A DNA stretch of 38,798 bases, from the NCBI GenBank assembly GCA_037447095.1, contig JBBIHI010000001.1:1-38798 (forward strand), in the 5' to 3' direction. The notes under the pieces are model-generated. The model saw nothing but the letters and a program-made list of their open reading frames with translations, was not told the DNA's origin and made no database searches. Position numbers and translations under genes: made by a program. This DNA comes from Thiotrichaceae bacterium. GTDB taxonomy: Bacteria > Pseudomonadota > Gammaproteobacteria > Thiotrichales > Thiotrichaceae. This document shows, one piece after another, positions 31,644 to 38,798 of the stretch. Numbering within the stretch: the stretch's first letter is position 1; every line of letters starts with the position of its first letter.

Positions 31644-32345
31644 ATGCGCGTACTCATTGTTGAAGACGAAAAAATTATTCGTGAGCAGGTCGCAGAAGAT
31701 CTGAAAAAAAATGGTTTCACCGTTGACCAGGCGGCAGATTACTCACAAGGACTATACGTTGCCCTGGAATATCCAATTGATGTTGCAGTCATTGACCTTG
31801 GCCTGCCCAGCACCAAAGGTGCCCCGGTCAGCAATGAAATGGGGCTGGAAATCATCCGCACGGCACGAGCCAGAGGCAAGGATTACCCTATTATCATCCT
31901 GACGGCCCGTGACCGCTGGCAACACAAGGTGGAAGGTCTGGAAGCCGGGGCTGATGACTACATCACCAAGCCGTTCCATACGGAAGAATTGATTGCCCGC
32001 CTGCGCGTCCAGTTGCGCCGTACTGGCCGCTGGACCCAGGCTGAACTGAATTGCGGCCCTATCCGCCTGAATACCTCGGAACAACGTGTTTACGTTGACG
32101 GTGGGGAAATCAGCCTGACAGCCTATGAATACCGCGTTCTGGAACACCTGATGCTACATGCGGGTGAAGTCATTTCCAAAACCCGCCTCACTGATAGTTT
32201 GTACGAAGAAGATGCTGACCGCGACAGTAATGTTATTGAAGTCTTTATTCGTCGCCTGCGTATCAAGCTTGACCCTGATGACACCCTGAAACCGATTGAA
32301 ACCTTGCGTGGACGTGGTTACAGATTTACCTTGTCCCGCCTGTAA
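31644..32345 (+). CDS. phoP: OmpR-family response regulator, PhoP-like
   Basis: LIVEDE, VIDLGLP, LTARDRWQHKVEGLEAGADDYITKPF, DSNVIEVFIRRLR; near purB/roxA as in other gammaproteobacteria. Confidence 0.8.
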   Translation: MRVLIVEDEKIIREQVAEDLKKNGFTVDQAADYSQGLYVALEYPIDVAVIDLGLPSTKGAPVSNEMGLEIIRTARARGKDYPIIILTARDRWQHKVEGLEAGADDYITKPFHTEELIARLRVQLRRTGRWTQAELNCGPIRLNTSEQRVYVDGGEISLTAYEYRVLEHLMLHAGEVISKTRLTDSLYEEDADRDSNVIEVFIRRLRIKLDPDDTLKPIETLRGRGYRFTLSRL

Positions 32346-32386
32346 TGTACGATAACTGACCAATAAATAATCACGCAGACCAAGTT

Positions 32387-33853
32387 ATGTCCAGATCATT
32401 ACGGAACAGGCAGTTGATCAGTGGCTTCGGTGTCATCATGGTAGGGATCGTGATGCTCGGGGTTATGCTGCACTGGTTTACCTACCGCTATAAAATAGAG
32501 CAGAAGCAGAGTGAACTCAGTGAAATATCGTATAACATTCTGGGTTTCCTGGAGTTCCGTGATGGTACCTTCACCATCGTCGACGACCCCGATATTCGGG
32601 AAAAAGCCAGACAAACAGTCAGCCAGTACGGTTTGCAGGATATTGGCGGTCGCGCCCGCTTTGCCTATGTGATTGATGTATCGACTGGGCAAATCGTATG
32701 GGAAGCCTATGATCTGGCTTCTCCTCCCAGTAATACCCTGGATCAGTTCCTGTATTTCGACCTTGATAGCCACAAGTCGAACCTGGAGCCGTTTTTTTCG
32801 CAACAAAAGCCCGTCCCCCCACCCACCACTGAAGGCAAGCTGCAAAAAGGCCAGTCCGCATCTTCCATTTATAATCAGGAATACCTCCTTTCAGTACAAA
32901 ACTTCTTCATGAAGCCTTACGGCAAATACCAGTTTATCGTGGGTGTTTCCATGGCGGACGTGGACAAGGATATGCGTGCCATGCGCCGCAGCATTGCCAT
33001 CCTGTTGTTCTTCTCCGCAGTCCTGGTACTGATTGCCCAGCTTGCCCTGAGTTTCTGGGTCGTGGCTCCGATCAAGGAATTCGAGGAAGAGGTCAAATCC
33101 ATTGAGTCAGGGGAAAAGGAAAGCATTACCGACCCCTACCCGGAAGAACTCGTACCGGTACAAAATGCCCTGAACGCCCTGATCAGCTATGAAAAAGGCC
33201 AGAAACAACGCTACAAGGACTCGCTGGATGACCTTGCACATAGCCTGAAAACCCCCCTCGCAGCAATGCAAAACCAGCTTGACCAGCTAAACCGAATTAA
33301 CCAGCACGAACCACCGGTCAAGGCCGGTTTACTGGTGTTCGCCAGCCAGATTGACAGGATGCATGAAATCATTGCCCATCAGCTCCGCCGCGCCATGGTT
33401 ACAAACCAGGGGGCCATGCTGATGTCCAAGCCAGTCCGCCCGGTATTGTTCCGGCTACGTGATACCCTGCAAAAAGTGTACCGCGACAAGCCGTTTGAGT
33501 TCCGCATCAATGTTGACGAATACGCCAAATGCCGGATGGATGCGGAAGACATGATGGAACTGTTCGGCAACCTGCTCAATAATGCCTGCCGCTTCTGCAA
33601 GGATTTGGTGGAGGTTTCCGCGCACCATGAAAACAACATGCTGATCATCGACATTGATGACGATGGCATGGGCTTCCCGAGTGATAACCCTGCCAAACTG
33701 TTGCAACGCGGTATCCGCGAAGACAGTAAAAGTGACGGGCAAGGCATTGGTTTGGCAGTCAGTACTGAAATCATTTCCGCCATCGGTGGAAAAATCGAGT
33801 TGCTGGTTTCCCCGCATGTCGGGGCGCGGGTACGCCTGCACCTGCCGCTGTAA
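32387..33853 (+). CDS. phoQ: Sensor histidine kinase, PhoQ-like
   Basis: Two TM segments, RYKDSLDDLAHSLKTPLA (H-box), MELFGNLLNNA, IDDDGMG, GQGIGL. Confidence 0.8.
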   Translation: MSRSLRNRQLISGFGVIMVGIVMLGVMLHWFTYRYKIEQKQSELSEISYNILGFLEFRDGTFTIVDDPDIREKARQTVSQYGLQDIGGRARFAYVIDVSTGQIVWEAYDLASPPSNTLDQFLYFDLDSHKSNLEPFFSQQKPVPPPTTEGKLQKGQSASSIYNQEYLLSVQNFFMKPYGKYQFIVGVSMADVDKDMRAMRRSIAILLFFSAVLVLIAQLALSFWVVAPIKEFEEEVKSIESGEKESITDPYPEELVPVQNALNALISYEKGQKQRYKDSLDDLAHSLKTPLAAMQNQLDQLNRINQHEPPVKAGLLVFASQIDRMHEIIAHQLRRAMVTNQGAMLMSKPVRPVLFRLRDTLQKVYRDKPFEFRINVDEYAKCRMDAEDMMELFGNLLNNACRFCKDLVEVSAHHENNMLIIDIDDDGMGFPSDNPAKLLQRGIREDSKSDGQGIGLAVSTEIISAIGGKIELLVSPHVGARVRLHLPL

Positions 33854-33857
33854 CCTG

Positions 33858-36182
33858 CTACCGGTTAATGACGCGGATGGTAAGCTTATCCACCGCGCCA
33901 GCCTCATCCAGGACGGTCAGGGTGTAATCCCCGGCCTGCCTGAAAATATACCGTAGCGGCTCCTGATTTCCGATCCTGCCTGCCAGCTCACCATTGACCA
34001 GCCACAGGTAACGCCCCTGCCCACCCTGCGCCCGCAGGTCAATACTTACCGTTCCCTGCTTACCCAGTGTCAGCTTGCTGGTGTCATCCAGATCAAGGAT
34101 TTTCAGCTCATTACCGGCCTGCAAACGCATCCCTACCGGACAACTGGCATCAAAGTCCGGCAGGTGCATCCTGTCCAGCAAATCATCTGGCAGCCATGGC
34201 CATAACTCGACCGGCCATTGGGCAAACTGGTGTTGTTCTCGCAATGGGGAGGCGCATTCCGCCGTTACCCGCAAGCCACTGGCCGGATTAATCCAGTAAT
34301 GTTGCACACCCGCTGACCAGGATGGCTTTTGCAGGTTCGGCAAGGTAGGGGGAATACGCCCATCCAGCACCCATGCTGCCTGACGTACATGGCAGTCCTG
34401 CGGCAAGGTCTTTTCCGCTGCCTCCCCGAGTGGCCAGCAAATATCGGCCTGGGTAACACTGCCAGGACGGCGGCGCCCGCCTGATATTGAACGGGGCAAA
34501 GCGCGGAACACATCGAACAAAACCGGCCCGGCAGCATAAGCACCGTAGCGCCCCGGCAGAGGCGTGCCATCCGGGCAACCCGTCCAGACACCCACCGTCA
34601 GGCTGTCGCTGACCCCTACCGCCCAGGCATCACGGAAGCCATAACTCGTACCGGTTTTCCAGGCTATCCCGTCACGGTTGACCGAACCTTCCGGCGGGGC
34701 AATGTCCCGCAAGATTGCCTGGATGATCCACGCTGCACCCGGCGACAACATGCGCCGCTCCACCACTGGGTCTCCCGCCACGAATCGAGGGGCAACCGTC
34801 ATACCCTCCCGCCCCAGGGCACTGAAACCGCGCACCAGGTTTTCCAGGCTCGTCCCCGCCCCACCCAGGATCACACTCAGGTTCGGTTCCGTCTGTTCAG
34901 GGAAATGCATTTCCAACCCCCCGTTACGCAGCCGCCCGACAAAGCCCGCCGGGGTCAGGCGTTGCAACATATCCACAGCCGGAACATTCAGCGATTGCTG
35001 CAATGCCTGCGCCACACTGACCGGCCCGGAAAAGTTACGGAAAAAATCCTGCGGCGCGTAATCATCCAGTCTGACCGGCACATCACTCAACAGGCTGGCG
35101 GAATGGATCAGCCCGTCATCCAGCGCCATGCCATACAGGAAAGGCTTCAGCGTCGAACCGGGGGAACGCACCGCCTGCACCATGTCCACATGCCCAAACC
35201 GCGCGTCATTGTAAAAATCCGCCGAGCCGACATAAGCCTTTACCTCGCCAGTACGGTTTTCCATCACCAGCACGGCCAACGATGCTTTGTCCGGCAAACT
35301 GCCGGTACGGGTACGCACCACATTTTCCACCGCCCATTGCATATTGGCATTCAGGGTAGTCTGCAAACGTGCCCTGTTTTCCTCAAACGCCCGGTTTTTC
35401 ATGCGTCGGGCAAACAATGGCGCCATGGACGGCTGCTGGAAACTCGCCTGCACCACCGGCTCCTGCATGGCATCGGTGACGGTTTCCTGCGGCCATATTC
35501 CCTCGCTAGCCATACGCCGCAGTACCTTGTCCCGATACTGGCGGGCAAGCGCCGGGTGACGGTCAGGGCGTAAACGGGATGGTGCTTGCGGCAATACTGC
35601 CAGCAAGGCAGCTTCCGCATGGCTAAGCGCAGTGGCAGATTTGTGCAACCAGGCGAAGCTGGCAGTCTGCACACCTTCAATAGGCCCGCCAAACGGGGCA
35701 AGATTCAGGTAGAAGGTCAGGATTTCAGGCTTGCTGTAATGCCATTCCAATTGCAGTGCGCGGAAAATTTGCTGGGACTTTCCACCAACATCACGGCTGT
35801 GCGGAACCAGGATACGTGCCACCTGCATGGTCAGGGTTGATCCGCCCGACACTGGCTTGCCCGTCAGCAGCCATTGCCAGCCCGCCCGTGCCAATGCAAA
35901 TGGGTTAACCCCCGGATGCCAGTAAAACCAGCGGTCTTCGTATTCCAGCAGGGCTTCCACATACAGTGGGGAAACCTCATCCAGCGTCACCGGATAGCGC
36001 CATACCCCCTGATTGTCGGCAAACGCCCGTAACGGGGTACGGTCTTCCGCCAGGATCAGGACACTGCGCACCCGTTCCGGGTCGGGCAACGGCCACACCC
36101 AGTCTGCCAGCAGGAACATCACGCACAGGCTGATGCATGTGGCAACCAGCCCAATTCCCCACTTGCCTAGCCGCCTCCACAT
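33858..36182 (-). CDS. pbpC: Penicillin-binding protein 1C
   Basis: EDRWFYWHPGVNP, GGSTLTMQVAR, SPGSTLKPF, KTGTSYGFRDAW; downstream of the alpha-2-macroglobulin gene. Confidence 0.96.
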   Translation of the reverse strand: MWRRLGKWGIGLVATCISLCVMFLLADWVWPLPDPERVRSVLILAEDRTPLRAFADNQGVWRYPVTLDEVSPLYVEALLEYEDRWFYWHPGVNPFALARAGWQWLLTGKPVSGGSTLTMQVARILVPHSRDVGGKSQQIFRALQLEWHYSKPEILTFYLNLAPFGGPIEGVQTASFAWLHKSATALSHAEAALLAVLPQAPSRLRPDRHPALARQYRDKVLRRMASEGIWPQETVTDAMQEPVVQASFQQPSMAPLFARRMKNRAFEENRARLQTTLNANMQWAVENVVRTRTGSLPDKASLAVLVMENRTGEVKAYVGSADFYNDARFGHVDMVQAVRSPGSTLKPFLYGMALDDGLIHSASLLSDVPVRLDDYAPQDFFRNFSGPVSVAQALQQSLNVPAVDMLQRLTPAGFVGRLRNGGLEMHFPEQTEPNLSVILGGAGTSLENLVRGFSALGREGMTVAPRFVAGDPVVERRMLSPGAAWIIQAILRDIAPPEGSVNRDGIAWKTGTSYGFRDAWAVGVSDSLTVGVWTGCPDGTPLPGRYGAYAAGPVLFDVFRALPRSISGGRRRPGSVTQADICWPLGEAAEKTLPQDCHVRQAAWVLDGRIPPTLPNLQKPSWSAGVQHYWINPASGLRVTAECASPLREQHQFAQWPVELWPWLPDDLLDRMHLPDFDASCPVGMRLQAGNELKILDLDDTSKLTLGKQGTVSIDLRAQGGQGRYLWLVNGELAGRIGNQEPLRYIFRQAGDYTLTVLDEAGAVDKLTIRVINR

Positions 36183-36185
36183 GGA

Positions 36186-38798
36186 TCAGTGTGGAACAGT
36201 CAGTTTACCCTCGCTCAACCCCGTACCGTTCAGCTCGGGGCGATACATGTCTTCCACATGCGGCGGGGGAATGACAAACGTCCCGCCCGACACAACCCTG
36301 ACCATGTAGAACAGGTGGTGGCGGGTTTTCGCTTCCAGCGGCAGGGCGGCCACATAACGGTCATCGCGGAACTCCTGGGTACGCAGGGTACTGCTGTCGA
36401 GCAGTTCCGTCACTGGCTTGTTGGTGCCTTCCAGTTGCAAGGTCTGCAAATCCTCATTGTTTGCCAGATTGGTATTTTCAATCTCAAACCCGGCAGGCAA
36501 CATATCCACCACCAGGGCATCATGAACCGCCACATTGCTGTTGACGATCAGATGCACCAGCAACAAGTCGCCAGCCTTCACGGCATCCGGCTGCACCTTT
36601 TTGCCTTGCAGGTTATACCACTCACGTTTGATGTCTATCGGATCAGTGTCCAGTGAAGGCATGACCGCCGGATAGCCATCCAGTGACAGATCAACGTAAA
36701 CCGGATGGTTGCCAGTCGCCGTCAAAGTGGCTGCACCCTGTAAATCGGCAGCCGTCAAACTGCGTACCTGCATTCCCGAGCCAGACAGGTCAAGGCTATT
36801 GCCTGCCAGTTTCAAGGTGGCTTTCCAGGGTTCCCGGGATTTTTCCTGAATCTTCAAACCGGCCAGGAAAGCAAACAATTGTTCCTGGGTGCTGAGGTAA
36901 TTGTGGTCATGCACTAATCCGGCCAACTCACGCACACGGTCGCCCAGCTTGGGCACATCCACTTTGTAACGCAGCAACAAATACAGGATCGCTGCATCAT
37001 CGCGCAAGCGGCTACCATAATCACCGATGTATACCTTGTCGTCACGCACCAGTGCCAAACCTTTCTGGATGGCATCGTTGCCGCGTTTGCTATCCCCCAT
37101 GGCGTTCAAGGCCAAACCCAGGTGCACCAACGGCAAACCGGACGTTGCCTTGCTGATGTCCTTGTCGTAAATGACCCGCAGTGTACCCAAAGGCGCCTGC
37201 TTGACCCGCGACAATACATACGCTGCATAGGCGCGTGCCGCCAGATCAAGGTCTTCCGGTGTATCGGAGTAATCATAGCGGCTATCGATATACCGCTCAT
37301 TTTCCTGCAAACGTTCCCCCAGGTTCTTGAGTGCTGCCTGCAACAACCAGTCCGGCACCACAAAACCCTGATCCTTGGCATCCAGCAGGAAATCGGTGAC
37401 GTAAGGTGTCAGCCAGTACTCCTCCTCGCCGTAGTTGCTCCACAGCGTAAAGCCGCCACTGGACAACTGCATCCCGGCCAATTGCAACAGGGCGGCGTTG
37501 ACCCGCTCATTACGCTGTTTCATATCCAGCGGTTCCAACCCCAGACGTTCAGCAACACCCGGTTCCAGGAACAAATACGGCCACGCGGTACTGGTGGTCT
37601 GTTCCAGGCAACCATACGGATATTGCAACAAACCTTGCAACACGCTGCGCATGGGCAATACCGGTGTGGCGGACAAGCTCAGGCTGGCACGTAATCCGGC
37701 AGGCATCAGTCCTTGCAAGCCTGCAGCCCCCATATCCAGTGATTCACCGGGTTTCAGTTCACGTGACTGGCTGATATGCGTACCGGCATACGGCGGGCGT
37801 ACCGCGAGCTGCACCTGGCGGTGTGCGGTGAAATCCTTGCCGGTCAGCTCCAGCCTGATCTGGCCGCTACCCAATTGCTGGGCACTGGCAACAGGAAAGC
37901 CAAGGGTCTGGCGTTGCTTTTTATCCAGCGTGACATCCTGTAGCACCGGGGTAAATCCCAGAACCGGGTCAGCCCCGATTTTCAGCTTGACGTTCTGCAC
38001 GACATCCGTCGTATTGTTCAGGTCAACGGTCAGGAAGCTGCTATCACCAGTGGCGAGGAAACGGGGTGCCGCCATGCTCGCCACCACCGGAGACGCCACC
38101 TGCATCTCGCGCTCGGCACTGCCAAACCGGTCTGCCGATGCCGCCACTGCCATCAGCCGCAAAGTGCCGTCAAACCCCGGAATCGCCAGATCAATTTTCG
38201 CCTTGCCCTGGTCATCAAACTTTACCGCACCGCTGAACAGGGAAACGATGCGTACCCCGGCAGGAGGCAGGAAACCACCGTGCCGCCCGCCTGCATCACC
38301 ACCGAAACGCTGGCGCAGCGGCTGGCCGTCAACATTTTCAATGATCCTGCCGTAAGCATCGTGCAAACTCACCCCGTAAGCATGTTGGGCAAAATAGAAC
38401 GCAAACGGGTCGGGAGTCTTGAAATCGGTAATGTTCAACACCCCGACATCCACCGCTGCCAGCGTCACCACGGCTGAACCATTCGGCAGATTGCCTGCGG
38501 ACACCATCACACTGACCGTCTGCTCAGGCTGGATTTTTTCAGGCGCTTCTATCGCCAGGTTCAACTGCCGCTCTTCCCTGTCCAATGGCAGGAAAATCAC
38601 CCCCAGCGCCCGGTTAGGGGCAATTTTCTGCTGGCTGCTGGCCGGACGGAAGGAAGTCACAGTGATGTAGAGGTCATGCCGGTTCCATGCCTTGTCAACC
38701 GGAATATCCACGGTCATGCCATCTGCGGGCAGGCTGACCCGCGTTGACCACAGCATCGACTCACCTTCCACCGCCACAATCGCTTCCCCGGCAGACGG
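36186..38798 (-). CDS. yfhM: Bacterial alpha-2-macroglobulin (5' part outside the window)
   Basis: YPYGCLEQ thioester motif, AAVDVGVLNIT, YGSRLRD, LSTQEQ, EFRDDRYVAA, VEDMYRP; frame open to the window end; paired with pbpC. Confidence 0.95.
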   Translation of the reverse strand, partial: PSAGEAIVAVEGESMLWSTRVSLPADGMTVDIPVDKAWNRHDLYITVTSFRPASSQQKIAPNRALGVIFLPLDREERQLNLAIEAPEKIQPEQTVSVMVSAGNLPNGSAVVTLAAVDVGVLNITDFKTPDPFAFYFAQHAYGVSLHDAYGRIIENVDGQPLRQRFGGDAGGRHGGFLPPAGVRIVSLFSGAVKFDDQGKAKIDLAIPGFDGTLRLMAVAASADRFGSAEREMQVASPVVASMAAPRFLATGDSSFLTVDLNNTTDVVQNVKLKIGADPVLGFTPVLQDVTLDKKQRQTLGFPVASAQQLGSGQIRLELTGKDFTAHRQVQLAVRPPYAGTHISQSRELKPGESLDMGAAGLQGLMPAGLRASLSLSATPVLPMRSVLQGLLQYPYGCLEQTTSTAWPYLFLEPGVAERLGLEPLDMKQRNERVNAALLQLAGMQLSSGGFTLWSNYGEEEYWLTPYVTDFLLDAKDQGFVVPDWLLQAALKNLGERLQENERYIDSRYDYSDTPEDLDLAARAYAAYVLSRVKQAPLGTLRVIYDKDISKATSGLPLVHLGLALNAMGDSKRGNDAIQKGLALVRDDKVYIGDYGSRLRDDAAILYLLLRYKVDVPKLGDRVRELAGLVHDHNYLSTQEQLFAFLAGLKIQEKSREPWKATLKLAGNSLDLSGSGMQVRSLTAADLQGAATLTATGNHPVYVDLSLDGYPAVMPSLDTDPIDIKREWYNLQGKKVQPDAVKAGDLLLVHLIVNSNVAVHDALVVDMLPAGFEIENTNLANNEDLQTLQLEGTNKPVTELLDSSTLRTQEFRDDRYVAALPLEAKTRHHLFYMVRVVSGGTFVIPPPHVEDMYRPELNGTGLSEGKLTVPH

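Noticed and set aside
33858-38798. alpha-2-macroglobulin/pbpC pair as a novel defence system
   Set aside because: This is the well-described conserved yfhM-pbpC operon, with an intact CLEQ thioester motif.

Overview
Mostly chromosomal housekeeping DNA from a gammaproteobacterium. Gene content and order look Thiothrix/Thiotrichaceae-like, which is an inference and was not checked. Order: hemN (partial), ccoH-ccoG, the cbb3 oxidase operon ccoNOQP with FNR boxes, then an unusual two-gene cassette, a divergent GT4 glycosyltransferase, a LysR regulator, ppsA-ppsR, a decayed ISAs1 with an adjacent MITE-like element, an AbrB-like ORF, a Cys-poor Fnr-type regulator, groESL (CIRCE), fxsA, a PAS-GGDEF-EAL protein, hns, dsbD, proA, DUF1820, purB, roxA/ycfD, a small exported protein, phoPQ-like genes, pbpC and a partial alpha-2-macroglobulin. 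The best candidate for an undescribed system is the cassette at 6589-10293. It encodes a 238-aa Gly-rich protein with 25 tandem P-E-V-R/K tetrapeptides, then an RNA hairpin, then a 968-aa fusion of an orotate-PRTase-like domain, two AMMECR1 domains and an alpha/alpha-toroid domain. This layout resembles a substrate/precursor plus modifying enzyme. Two candidate structured non-coding RNAs were also seen: one FNR-linked next to hemN, and one in the LysR-ppsA intergenic region.
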